Notes under the pieces: generated by a model
The model's input: only the letters and a program-made list of their open reading frames with translations
What the model was told of the DNA's origin: nothing
Databases searched by the model: none
Source: Elsinoe ampelina
Taxonomy: Eukaryota
Reading direction: 5' to 3'
Assembly: GCA_010093995.1 (NCBI GenBank)
Contig: ML992514.1
Span: 62,001-126,000 of the forward strand
DNA: 64,000 bases
Translations under genes and position numbers: made by a program
Part shown: positions 1-11,900 of the stretch, piece after piece
Layout of the letters: every line of letters begins with the position of its first letter
Numbering within the stretch: the first letter of the stretch is position 1

Positions 1-237
1 GAGGTGTGGGAGATGGCGTTTGCGGATGTGACGGTCAGTCCGACGTATACGGCTGCGATTGGGCTGGTGAATGAGGATAAGGGGTTGAGTTTGAGGTTTC
101 CGAGGTTTTTGAGGGTGCGGGAGGATAAGGGGGTTGAGGAGGCGAGCACGGTGGATTTTTTGGCGGGGTTGTACAGGAAGCAGGAGGCGAGGGGGCCGGA
201 GAGGAAGGTGGGAGTGGAGGAGGGGGAGGAGGAGTGA
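1..237 (+). CDS. ATP-dependent DNA ligase I family, C-terminal OB domain (partial; 5' part outside window)
   Basis: [20 protein letters not shown] and [16 protein letters not shown] (ligase motif VI region); stop TGA at 235-237. Confidence 0.9.
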   Translation, partial: EVWEMAFADVTVSPTYTAAIGLVNEDKGLSLRFPRFLRVREDKGVEEASTVDFLAGLYRKQEARGPERKVGVEEGEEE

Positions 238-363
238 GATACCCTTGGTGCTATGACTTGGATGAGGATTTCTGCCGATTGGCGTGCATTCAGCTACAAT
301 ACGTTTTCGACGTCACCTGTTGGAGGCCAGGGCCGCTCTCTTCCTTCCGTGCTCCGTGAAGCC

Positions 364-2940
364 TTAAATCCTGCTCTCCAAAGCCCTTCCATCCCTCAAC
401 GCCACCAACTTGTCCACCGCCTCCTTCAAGGGCACCAATTCCCCCATCTTTTGTGTCTCGGGAAGATCTCTGTTCCTGATGTTTACCGTCCTCGTCTCTG
501 ACTCCTTTGCTCCAAGCACGAAAATGAAGTTATACTGCGCCAATTGACCCGTGCGAATCTTCTTCTGCATTGTGTTGCCCGTGATATCCACGTCTGCGTG
601 AAGCCCCTGCTCACGCAGGAGACCCTGAACCTCGAGCACGTAGGGGTTGACGGCCGGCATGACCGGTACGATGAGGACTTGGCGAGGAGAGAGCCAGAAG
701 GGCCATTTGCCGGCGAAGTGCTCTGTAAGGATGGCGATGAAGCGTTCAAAGGAGCCGTAAATGGCACGATGAATCATGACCGGGCGAGCGCAGCCAGGGG
801 TGAGGGCGCGACGGTAGTGGGTGTTATCTTTGAGCTCTTTAGGGTCTTTCGATTCCTCGGGAGCGGCGGCCGCGTCTGGTGCAATGGTAGAGGCAGCGGG
901 ATCTTTCTTCTCGACGGCAGGGGATGTAGACATGACTTGTGCGCTGCCTTCTCGACCTTCGACACCTGACTCTGCTGCTCGGTATTCGAGGTTGAATTGT
1001 TGTGGTAGTTGGAAATCGAGCTGGATTGTGGCGCATTGAAACTCTCGCTTGAGAGCGTCCGAGATGGTGATGTCGATCTTTGGGCCGTAGAAGGCGCCGT
1101 CGCCTGGATTAAGCTCCCATTTGGAGCCACCCTCTGACGTGAACTGGTCGAGAGCTTTGGTGAGCTGAGCTTCTGCTTTGTCCCACGTGGCAATGTCACC
1201 AAGATGTCCCTCTGGTCGCGTGGAAAGCTTCATCTTGAAGGTGAAACCGAAACGACCATACACGGCACGAAGGAAGTCGAAGAGACCGAGGATTTCTTGT
1301 TCGACCTGGAGAATGTTAGATCATGGACGTGACTGGACGATCAGCCATTCACCGACCTGCTCTTCCGTGCAGAAGATATGCGTGTCGTCTTGCTGAAATC
1401 TTCGTACTCTCGTCAATCCCGTCAGAGCGCCTGATGCTTCGTTTCTGTGCAGTACGCCAAAGTCCGCGATGCGCATTGGTAGCTCACGGTAACTCCTCTC
1501 TCTGTGAGCGAAGAGAAGACAATGGCCAGGACAATTCATAGGTTTGAGCGCCCATTGGTCCTTCTCCACCTCGAAAGTAAACATATCATCCTTGTAATGT
1601 TGCCAGTGACCAGATTGTTTCCAGAGCGCAGAGTTGTACATGTTTGGTGACATGACTTCTTGGTACCCACGTCTCCAGTACTCGCCTCTCAAGAAGGCTT
1701 GCAGGGCATTGTAGATAATCATACCATGAGGAAGGAAGAAACTTGATCCAGGCGACATTTGATGAAAGAAAAACAGCTCTTGCTCTTGACCAATCTTGCG
1801 GTGATCTCTCTTCGCTGCCTCCTCGAGGTAGACCTTGTGCTCCTCCATCTGCTTCTTGTCTGGGAACGAAACACCGTAGATGCGCTGAAGAGAGTCGTTG
1901 GCAGCATCGCCCAGAAAGTAGGATGAAGAATTCTTCATAACCGCGAAGGCCTTGATTCGTCCAGTATGTGGCACATGTGGTCCTCTGCAGAGATCAATGA
2001 GCGGTCCGTTTCTGTACACTGTCGTGCTCGTGCCGTCTGGAATCTTGTCCTTGATGATGTGCTGTTTGTACTTGTTGTATGCGAACATGTCAAGCAGCTG
2101 CTCCTTCGTCAATGTCAGACGCTCGAACTTTTGCTTCTCCTTGATGGCCTTGTCTACGATCTTCTCGAGAGGCTTGTGATCGGATTGCAGGACCGCTCCA
2201 TTCTCTGGCAACGCCATCTCATAATAGAAACCATCTTCTACAGGAGGCCCAATGCAGAGACTGCAGCCGAATCGTTTTTCACAAGCTTCACCTAGGATGT
2301 GTGCCGAGCTGTGCCAGAATACCTTCTTTCCCTCTGGATGCTCGAAGTCAAGTAATTCCAACTTACAGCTCTTCTCCAGTGGGCGTTCCAGATCCCAGAG
2401 CTCTTCTCCACCCAGTCTAGCAACCACCGTGCGCTCGTACAAGCTCTTGCTGATGTTCCTAGCGATTTCTCCAGGTGTGATCTCCCATGCCTTGCCAACC
2501 CTCACGTCGCCAGAAGAGAGTGTGATCTGGATGTCATCCCGCGGCTGCTTGGCAACCCATTCGTCATACTCGGCCTTTACTTTGTCGAATATGGCCAGGC
2601 GGTCTGCGATGTACGACGGGGGAGGGGATAGTTCGAGAGGGCCTGAGTCGGACTCGCCTGCTTTCGCTTTCTTCTCCTTCTTCTGACCTTGCTGCTTCTT
2701 GTCTCCTGATACTTGCAGGTTCTTCACACCATCGACTGCTTCATTGACTTTCTCTTTGATTGCATCCATATTGCATGTAATTTGTGGGGTCGTAGAAAAA
2801 GCTCGGGTCGGAGTTTGTGGACAAACTCGAATTGTGTTTTGGGAACCAATTCGTTGACTCAGAACCGGTCTATATGGCAAGAGGAGGGTGTTACGCAGGC
2901 AGTGAGTCAATGGCCGGGGGTTCAGCGGTCGTGTGAGCAT
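364..2940 (-). CDS. THS1: Threonyl-tRNA synthetase; 2 exons (intron 1306-1356)
   Basis: TGS/editing motifs [10 protein letters not shown] and DLCRGPH; catalytic [30 protein letters not shown] and [27 protein letters not shown] intron joins the two ORFs in frame. Second in-frame ATG at 2769. Confidence 0.95.
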
Positions 2941-3239
2941 AGAGGGGTGGAAGAGGTACAGAAGCTATGACTCCTTTCCGGACACGATATCAAAATCCTA
3001 CGGTTGACCAAACGGAGACATATGCCGCGGACCATACACCATAACCGTCACCGCAAGTGAAGAAACGCACTCTGCGTACTTTATAATTGGATGCTCGAGA
3101 CGAGTTGCAAGCGAGAGTAGCTCCTTATCACCTCTCATAGAAGCGGGCGGCCCACGGATATTGTAAGATCTCGAGCCGATCGTCGTCGTCGCCACTCATC
3201 TTCTGGAGAAAGCAATCGAGTCATGAGCAAGACAGGATC

Positions 3240-5186
3240 ATGACACTGCCGCCATTCGCGGCCTTTCCACCGGCCTCTGTAAGGGCCGGGCTCAATCCAG
3301 AGCAGTGGAGTCAGGCTATCGAAGTTTGGCTTACAGTGGCAAACATCTGGCTAAGTGCACCCGACAGTCAATTCCGAGGCGAGGAACAACTCCACAGCCA
3401 TCTCTCAAGCTTCTTAAGATCGTTCTACAATGAGCTATTCCGTTCTTCTAAGAAGGGCTCGTTACTGGAATCGAATCAGACTTTGCAACTGCGAAAAAGT
3501 ACCTTTCTCTTGAGCCATAGGCTTTTGCTTGGATCGGTGAAAGAGAACGGCAAGGATCTCCTTGATGTCTCCTTCTTGGGAGCCTTCTCCTACGCCCACT
3601 TGAAAAGCCATGCCTTGGTCGGTCTACTGGCAAAGCTGTGGGCCCAGTATGAAACGCAGATACGAGCAAGTCTGAAGAAGACCCGCTCTACTCTAATCGG
3701 CATCTTGGAATCGGATCAGCCAAATGCCGCAGAGGCTGATTTACGCCGGTTGGTGCCCTTATTACACTCACTACCCGTTGCTGGAGCATTCATGGCTGAG
3801 GGATCGGAGCTCATGGACGCAATGTTTCTCGCATACGATCATGCATCTGCGAATCTAAGGTCAGCTCTGGTACCAGTCGCATATTTATCTTTGTCATCCT
3901 TGACCAAGGACGACACTTCTAACAGATCTGCACTCTTGGACCACCTGTACAGTCTCAAAGCTCAAGCCGAGACTAGTAAGCAGTCCTTGAATTTGCTAGT
4001 AGATTTGGTGACCAATACACCACTTCTTGCGAAGCTCCAAGGCAAGCCCGGTGAGAAAGGAGCAGAAAGGGCAAGGACACTGGCAGCATCACTGCAGTCT
4101 TTCAAGTCTATATCGATAGCACGGTCAAGACCTAAGAAGTCATTCCGGCCCAATAAAGGCAAAGGAATCGCCAACAACGACGCCGTGGGGGATCGTCACA
4201 TCCACCTTCTATCCAAGATCACTCAAATACAAGATCTCTTCCCGGACCTTGGTTCAGGTTTCATCGCCCGTCTTCTAGACAATTACGATGAGGATGTTGA
4301 ACTTGTCACCTCTCACCTACTCGAAGACTCACTTCCCGCCCACCTTTCCAATCTCGACAGAGCTTTGCAACTCGCAGACCCTGCTGATACCGATCCTATT
4401 TCAAATTTCACCCCTTCGACCACGCCTCCTCAATCGTCTCTGCCGACTCGACGCAACATCTTCGACAATGACGATTTCGACCGCCTTGCTGTAGACCCCA
4501 ACTCCTACTCCAAGGGCCGGACCACAACGTCACGAACTGCAGACGATGAGCTAGCCGACCGCACACGCGCACCCCAGAAAGCTCACATCCTGTCTGCCCT
4601 CGCCGCATTCGACTCGGACGACGACGAACGCGACGATACCTACGACGAAGCCGACGTCGGCGGAACAGTAGACAAGGCGGCACCAGACGGGGAAGACGAA
4701 GCAGAGATTGACATCGGCGGGGACGCCAACGAAGAGCTCCTCTTCCGCATGTGGAGAGAAGACGTGAGCCTCTTCGCCCGAGATGCACGACGAGGCAAAG
4801 GCAGAGAAGAACTCAAAGGCAAGACCAACATGACGGACGAAGCCCTGGAAGGCTGGGCAGTGATGCTGGGCCGAGACCCCAGAAGACTGAGAAGACTAGA
4901 AGGCAAATACGCCTTCGATGGCGGGCAGAGGGAGATTGAACGGACAGCTTACCGCGAGGGCGACGGGGAAGGAGACGACAGCGCGGGTAGAGGCGGCTTC
5001 CGCGGTCGCGGACGAGGCAGAGGACGGGGTCTTTTCAGAGGAAGAGGTAACGTCGCGGGCGAAGCAAGCGACTCCCAAACCCAAGCCGCTCGACACAGAA
5101 AGGAAGCAAACAAAGGTAGCCGAGCGAACCACAACCGACGAGACCAAAGAGCGCGAAAGATGGCAAGAGGTGGCTTCCCGGGGTAA
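3240..5186 (+). CDS. CUE3: CUE-domain protein, ASCC2/Cue3(Rqt3)-like
   Basis: CUE motif ITQIQDLFPDLGSGFIARLL, acidic DDDERDDTYD motif, RGG tract and C-terminal KGSRANHNRR..RARKMARG. Confidence 0.8.
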   Translation: MTLPPFAAFPPASVRAGLNPEQWSQAIEVWLTVANIWLSAPDSQFRGEEQLHSHLSSFLRSFYNELFRSSKKGSLLESNQTLQLRKSTFLLSHRLLLGSVKENGKDLLDVSFLGAFSYAHLKSHALVGLLAKLWAQYETQIRASLKKTRSTLIGILESDQPNAAEADLRRLVPLLHSLPVAGAFMAEGSELMDAMFLAYDHASANLRSALVPVAYLSLSSLTKDDTSNRSALLDHLYSLKAQAETSKQSLNLLVDLVTNTPLLAKLQGKPGEKGAERARTLAASLQSFKSISIARSRPKKSFRPNKGKGIANNDAVGDRHIHLLSKITQIQDLFPDLGSGFIARLLDNYDEDVELVTSHLLEDSLPAHLSNLDRALQLADPADTDPISNFTPSTTPPQSSLPTRRNIFDNDDFDRLAVDPNSYSKGRTTTSRTADDELADRTRAPQKAHILSALAAFDSDDDERDDTYDEADVGGTVDKAAPDGEDEAEIDIGGDANEELLFRMWREDVSLFARDARRGKGREELKGKTNMTDEALEGWAVMLGRDPRRLRRLEGKYAFDGGQREIERTAYREGDGEGDDSAGRGGFRGRGRGRGRGLFRGRGNVAGEASDSQTQAARHRKEANKGSRANHNRRDQRARKMARGGFPG

Positions 5187-5281
5187 GCCTACTATAGCAA
5201 AAAATCGCATCGCAATCAGCCAAGACATAGACAAGGAAAAGGGTACATCGCTCCACCTTTGCCCCCCCTCCCCCTATCCGC

Positions 5282-6238
5282 TCAAGCATACTCCCTCGTC
5301 TCCTTCTCGCTCCAACCCCAAAACTTCTCCGCGTTCCCCGCCTTGATCGCCTCCCCGATATCCGCCTTGTAACTCCCAATCCTGCCCCAAGGAATCACAT
5401 ACGCCCCGTTATTCTCGGGCGTCAGGTCCGTGCTGCACGCGGCGTACAGCTCCGTGTACCCGCCGAAAACAGGCGGGTAGCAGATCATCTTTGTGAACGT
5501 CGCCTGCAGCCCGCTCATGTGCCGCTGTAGTTCCGAGTTAAGGTTGCCTGGGTTCCAGGCGTTGCTGAGGATGCCGTCGGGGCCGTAGCGGCGGGCGGTC
5601 TCGACGGCGTAGAAGACGTTGGCGGATTTGCTGATGGCGTAGGTCTTGCGGTTGTCGGCGGGGAGGATCGGGGAGCCGTCGGTGTTGATGGGGACACCGC
5701 CTTTCGGGGAGAGTTCGGTGGCGAGGGAGGCGGCCCAGGTGATGCGAACGGAGCCGGGTGGGGAGGTGGAGGCGGTCTTCTTGAGGAGGGGGATGAGGAG
5801 TTCGGTGAAGAGGAATGGGCCAAGGCAGTTGGTGCCGATTTGGAGTTCGTGGTTTTGCACGGTTTTGGAACCTTGTGGTGGGATCATGACACCGGCGTTG
5901 TTGGTGAGGACATCGAGACGGTCGGTGCGGGAGATGAGGTCGTTGGCTGAGGCTTTGATAGTGGTGAGGTCTGCGAGGTCGAGTTTGAGGAATTCGAGCT
6001 TGCCGGTCGAGTTGGGCGCGTGCTTCTTGACAGTCTCGATGGCGGTTGTAGCCTTCTCCGGGCTACGGCCAGCAATGAAGACGGTGGCGTTGCGAGAGTA
6101 GAGCATTTTGGTGAGCTCGAGACCAACGCCTGCATAGCCTCCCGTCACGACATGGACTTTGCCTGCTTGATCGGGGAGATTCTTATCTGTGAGAGAGGGC
6201 GCAGGGATGCGCATCGACTGACTGAGTGCGTTGCCCAT
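5282..6238 (-). CDS. Short-chain dehydrogenase/reductase (retinol dehydrogenase/WWOX-like)
   Basis: VTGGYAGVG Rossmann motif, NNAGVM, catalytic YAISK and NPGNL. Start placed at ATG 6238 (MGN...). Confidence 0.9.
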   Translation of the reverse strand: MGNALSQSMRIPAPSLTDKNLPDQAGKVHVVTGGYAGVGLELTKMLYSRNATVFIAGRSPEKATTAIETVKKHAPNSTGKLEFLKLDLADLTTIKASANDLISRTDRLDVLTNNAGVMIPPQGSKTVQNHELQIGTNCLGPFLFTELLIPLLKKTASTSPPGSVRITWAASLATELSPKGGVPINTDGSPILPADNRKTYAISKSANVFYAVETARRYGPDGILSNAWNPGNLNSELQRHMSGLQATFTKMICYPPVFGGYTELYAACSTDLTPENNGAYVIPWGRIGSYKADIGEAIKAGNAEKFWGWSEKETREYA

Positions 6239-7026
6239 GTTGATGTTCTTGCAGAATGTAGACAGATGGAAAACGAGTGTGTTCTTCAACGTTTCTTAAG
6301 TGTATTTTGTTTTGTGCCCTGGACCTAGGCTGCAGAGATACGAGATGCACAAGAGGCGATGACGCTATGCACGGCGGGGATAAAGGGTAAGCAATCTCCG
6401 TTACGTGCATATCCAAGCATAAAATTGGAGCATTACTCACGCTTGAGGGAAAGCTTCTCTGTGGTAGTTCGCAATCGGCCATTTTCACATGCTGTTGCCC
6501 TGTTTCGTTCACTCATCCAACAATACCGATCATTTGTCGAGCCCACCGAGCAATATGAAGAAGAGCATGTCTGCAAGTATCTCTGAGCAGTTTTGTACAC
6601 CCGTAGCATCTTAGATCTCGGACAACATCACGACTGTCCCCAGACGTCTGACCAAAGGCCACGGTGCTGCCGTAATGGATGTCGCGATGTTGTCGACATT
6701 ATGTGAATCGGTTGGCTCTAGCCGGTGAAGAAGTAGAGCTTGCTGAGGTCAGCTTCGGCCTTCAGCCAAGGCCGAAACGTCCTCCACCACGGAGATAGCC
6801 AAGACAATATCTCCTCCCTCTGCTGAACGTGACACACAACAGAATCGCAGGAGACTGTAACGTCTGCCCCGGGGATCTGGCCATCCCCTAGAACTGGCCA
6901 CTTTAGGGTTAACCCTATCTGCAGCCAATCGGAGAGCGTGATTTTGCCCCGAGACTAGTCCAAAATAGTGTTCTCGGATTTCTATCTTCTTCTAAGCTTT
7001 ATTACACCTAATAACTACCTTTTCTA

Positions 7027-8928
7027 ATAGTTCTAGCTATCTTAATTAAATGTAAAAAGTAGCTTAAAGAGGCTATATGTAAATATTATTATTAGAAAGG
7101 CAAGATATTAAAAAAAGAGCTTAAATAGTACTTTCCTCTCGTTACTAAATAAACTCTTACTTATTATTTAAGAGAATTATATAAGTTATATATAATAAGC
7201 TATTCTTATTAGTAGCGCCTTATACTAGGATAAGAGAATGCTCTAATTAAGTTTATTTACTTCCTATCCTTTAATAGCTTTAATCTAAACAATTACTGGC
7301 TTAATTAGTACACTAGTTACTTACTTAAATCCTTAACTATCTAACTAGTATATATACTCTCTACCTCTATTAGTAAGCACTAGTATATCTGCTTTAAAGA
7401 GCGCTATCTAGAGATCGATCTCTAGCGTTGTCTAGCTATAGATAGTAATAGATTAGAAGAGCTTAGTAACACTAAAAAGGTAGAGGCTTAGTTTAAGTTA
7501 GTAGTATACGCCTTTAAAGTCTTTAATATTAAGCCTTATAACACTTATAATATAGACAAGATTAGCTATATACTTAGTCAATTACTTTACAAGTAGATCT
7601 AGATTATAAGTAATAATAAGTACAAGTCCTATTTATATTAATCTAGTAACTATAAGTAGGCTATAGCTATTAAGACTCTAAGTGTTATCGGCCGTGTAGT
7701 ACTACTAATATTTATCTTAAAGAGTTAAACTATTTAAGATAGCTAGTTCGACGACTTAATTAATTTACTAGAGAATTTAATATACACTAATACTATAATT
7801 AATACCTCTTTAACTAGCTAGACAAATAATAAGATTACTATTAAGTAGTTAAGGAATTACTTTATCCCCTTTATATAGTCTCTTAACAAGTAAGAGAGGA
7901 AAGTAAAAGAGAAGAATCTTAATTAAAACTAGTATTTACTTCTCTTTAATAGTTATTACTTACACCTTACGCTAGAGTTTATCTAATTAGCTTAGAAGCA
8001 CTATATTACTCTATTAAAGCTTCTAGTATACACCTTACACTTTCTCTAGCCTCTTAATATTACTATATTTGCTAGTTTAAAGCGTAAATATCGAGGTAAA
8101 GTTTGCTAGATTATATATAAGAGAGTTTAATAGATTAGTAAGTACTACTTTATCGAGGCTTATATTAATTACTATAACGTAGTCTTTAGTAGTAATAGCT
8201 AGATAAGGGCCTTTAAAGTTACTAGTATATAGCTAAACGATCTAGCACTAGTTCTCTATTAAATTTAGCGCTATTTACTCTTTTAATTAACCTCTTAATT
8301 GACCTCTTAATCTACCTCTTAACCTTTAGATTTAGAGGCGAATTTAGCCTCTTAATTAAGTACTTAATCCTTACAAAATTTAACTCTAAATTTATAGTTA
8401 AATTTATAGTTAAATTTTATAGAGATTTTAACCTTCTTCTCTATAGCCTCTACTCCCCTTCTAGCTACCTCTTTAAGGCGCTCTAACCTCTTATTAAGTA
8501 ATAGTACACTAATTAAATCGGCTAAGTAGTTTAACTAGAGGCTTAAGTAACTCCTTAATAATTAGTAGCGTACTAAGCGTAGTTTAGCTAGCTATTAATA
8601 AGCTTCTTAATCTCTTTTTAAAGCTATAAAAGTAATAGAGAAGGAAGTAGATATTACTAAGAAGGAGGTAAAGCTCTTAAAGAGGAAGTTACTTAGTATT
8701 AATAAGCGTACTAAGAAGAAGAATAAGCGTTAGCGTAATAGTACTAGTTATCTATCTAGTAGTACTTTAATTAGTGTTAAAAGAGTAATAGAGTAGAGAG
8801 ATACTAACAAGGAGGTAGAGGAGGCTTACTATGTTAAGAATGCTACTTATAAGTATAGGGTCGACCTTAGTAAGTAGATTTAAGCCTTAAAGAAGTCTAC
8901 TAAGCATCTCTTAGCTAAGTATCTAAAG
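7027..8928 (+). pseudogene. RIP-degraded DDE transposase (CENP-B-type HTH plus DDE_1); frame resumes at 19634 and runs to about 19930
   Basis: Reversing C>T/G>A changes by eye gives HQQRLTPGQEDAL, VGKHW..RFKERHPEI, YNMDETG (about 7546), LLLFDGHHSH (D at 7948) and LPAHTSHFLQPLDV (D at 8056; 35-residue spacing), all in one frame. The start at 7027 is inferred (ATA from ATG). Confidence 0.85.
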
Positions 8929-11900
8929 TGTTAAGCGAAAGGTACGTTTAGGGGTAGAGTATTATATAGAACTAATCCGTACACTAGTTAGGTAATAGAC
9001 GAGTTAATTAATTAAGAAGTCTATCTACTAGAAGAAAGAACAGCTTATAAATCCCTAGGCCTATTAACTTGTGTGTAGAGGAAGAGAAGATTTATTACTA
9101 CCTAATCTACTAAAATTAGGTAGATTCTCCCTATATAAATACTTAACCTAATAAACTAAGAGATAACTAAATTGACAGAACTTCTAAGCTTTAACAGAAT
9201 AAGACAATAACCGTCTAAATCGATCATGAATTGGTATAACCGTTAATAAGTGCTTAGTTTAACCTTAGGTGCACTAAATTAGGGTCCTTCTTAGTACTAC
9301 ACTCTTGCCGAGGTTAACACACCCCTTTACTAAATAGCTATAAGTCTATTATAGCTAGTTAGTAGACTACTAACTCGAGGGATAGCTATTGTAAGAAGGC
9401 CTTATACCTCCCTAGAGGAAGTAACTTAGTAAGTCTATCTACTAGTGTATCTACTAAGGGAGTCTAGTCTATAGAGATAGGGCCTCCTAGAGTAATCTCT
9501 TGCCTTAGCTAGTAATAGTAGATATCTATATAGCGTAGACGTGTGTTAAGCTTCTTAATTAGATTAGTGACAAGGCTAATAGTTTGCTAGTTGTTACACT
9601 AAATGCTAATATTCCTTAGTAGATAGATGGCGGCTATTAGCCTCCTCTACTATATAGCTTACTTAGTAGTCTCTATAAGAGTAAGTAGTTTAGCCTCTAT
9701 GCTAGAAGTGGTAACAGTTAGCTGCTTTATAGCCTTCTAATCTATAGAGCCTTAGAACAGCTTAAATAGATACCCCTAAAGACTCTTCCTTAAAGGGTAA
9801 CTTCTAAAGCTAGTATCTAATAAGGCTTAGAAGATTAGTAGTAGTATTAAGCTATTAAAGGTAAGGGCTAGATCTCTAGTCTTATAGAGATACTAGATTA
9901 CTCTATTTGCTAGCCTTTAGTATGTTAGTAAAGGATTTATTAGATGCTCTAACAATCTAGAAGTAGCAAAGGCAACATTAGGCCTAGTAATAACAGCTGC
10001 AAAATTAATAGATTCTATCTTCTACTAATATAGATAGATCTCCTATAGTAATACTTAGCCCTTATTTAGCTAGAGTATCTCTATTAGTAGAGGTGTTAAT
10101 ACTAGCCTTGTTAGTTCTATAATAAACTTGCTATACATCTGTTATAAGTACTAGGCTTAGCTAAGCTATAGCCTCCTTATAGACCTATCCCTTATAACTT
10201 AGATAGCAAGGAACTAGCTTAGATCTCTAAGTATCTTTATCTTATACTTAGCACATAAGGCTACAATAATAGTATTAGCCTTGCCCTTATGCTTCTTAAG
10301 GTATATAATAGTAATATTATCTACAAAGAAGAAGATTATTACCTTAGGGGTTAGCTAGAGGTATAGAGCCTTAGGTGCCTAGGTAAATCTAAGATTCTTT
10401 AGTGTAGTAGTGAATTCTATATACTAGAGAGCTAGTGCTTATTTAAGGCTATAGAGTGCCTTCTTTAGTAGGAGAATTGCATTAGATAATACTATACTAG
10501 GATAGTCCTTTATAAGCTCCTCTAGTAGGAGCTTAAATCTAGAGAGAATTATGTAGTAGGTAGTCTTATTAATATAGCTATTAATATAAGCATTAACTAC
10601 ATCTATCTAAATAGCCTCTATATCCTTGTAAGCAAGGAGAGCTATAAGTATTCTAAAAATCTTAGTAGCTAATATAGCTATATAAGTCTCTAAATCTATA
10701 GATTAAAGATTACCCCTTATATAAAGCCTTACCTTGTGTTTAATAACTTCTCCTTTGTTATTAGTCTTATATATAAAGACCTAAGTTAGTGGCACTAGCT
10801 TCCCTATAGCTTAAGATGTAAGCATAATAGTCTAAGTGTCTTTTAAATAGAGAGTAAGTAATTCTACCTTCATTGCTTATTAGAATTGCTCCCTATAAGA
10901 ATAAGCTTATAGCTCCCTAATGTTAGCTAGTAGTAGAGGTAGATTATCCCTTAGTTCTAGCTTTAGCTAGATTAGCTTTATTAATAGATAAGCATTAAAA
11001 GCTTAATAATATCTAGAAGCCTCCTAAGGCTATATAAGACTAGTAATGTAGGCCTACCTTCTTAGTTTCCTAGTCCTTCTTATAGTAAGAATATACTTAG
11101 GCAATAGGTTAGCTAACCTTATAGCAATCCTTTTTCTAGGCTATTTAGGCTCCTTAGTTACTCCTTTAGCTAGGGCTTCTACCTTACTCCTTATAGTTTT
11201 AGCTTTAGATAGAGGTAAAGGCTATATAGCTGTTAAGAGTAGAGAGGCTAGAGCATTATAGAACTACTCTAGTAATATAGCCTCCTAGATCTAAGCCGGG
11301 TTTAGCTCTAGAGTCTATAACTGTAATAGTAGACTATAATTATCTAGTAGAGGTAATAGAGCCTATTAAGCCTGTAACTATAATAATAAACTATAATTAT
11401 TTAGTTCCTTAGTTAGAATCTGCTAAACTAGATTCTAAGCTAAATTTTAAACTAGATTCTAAACTAGATTCTATAGTATAGATAGGCCTTTAGTTACCCC
11501 TTTAGTTTAAGGTATATTCTCCTTAACTTCCTATAGTAGTCTTAGTAGATTAAGTAGTCTAATAGGCTAAGGCTAAGGCTACTCCTCTAGCTTATAAAAC
11601 TAAGTCTTATTAAATCTAACATCCCTTGTTCTAATAACCTTCTTTAAGGCTAGTATAAAGATCCTAAATATGTTAGTTAAGTTATATCTAACTAGATAAC
11701 TAATATATGCTCTTAGTGTAAGCTTATTACTACTTATAACATAATAATCTAGTGTATAGGCCTTATAACCAATTAGCCTAAGATAGGAGATTAATAGAGG
11801 GCATCTATAAACTAGCTTAAAGAGAGTCTTCTAGTTAAGCTTCTTAAGTAGAGTTCTATTTATTAGATAGGCTACTAACCTATATAGTTTAGAGTGTAGT

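Noticed and set aside
6902..6917. TTTAGGGTTAACCCTA as a telomere fusion relic
   Set aside because: Only one unit per side, forming a 14-bp palindrome just inside the pogo TIR; more simply a subterminal element feature.
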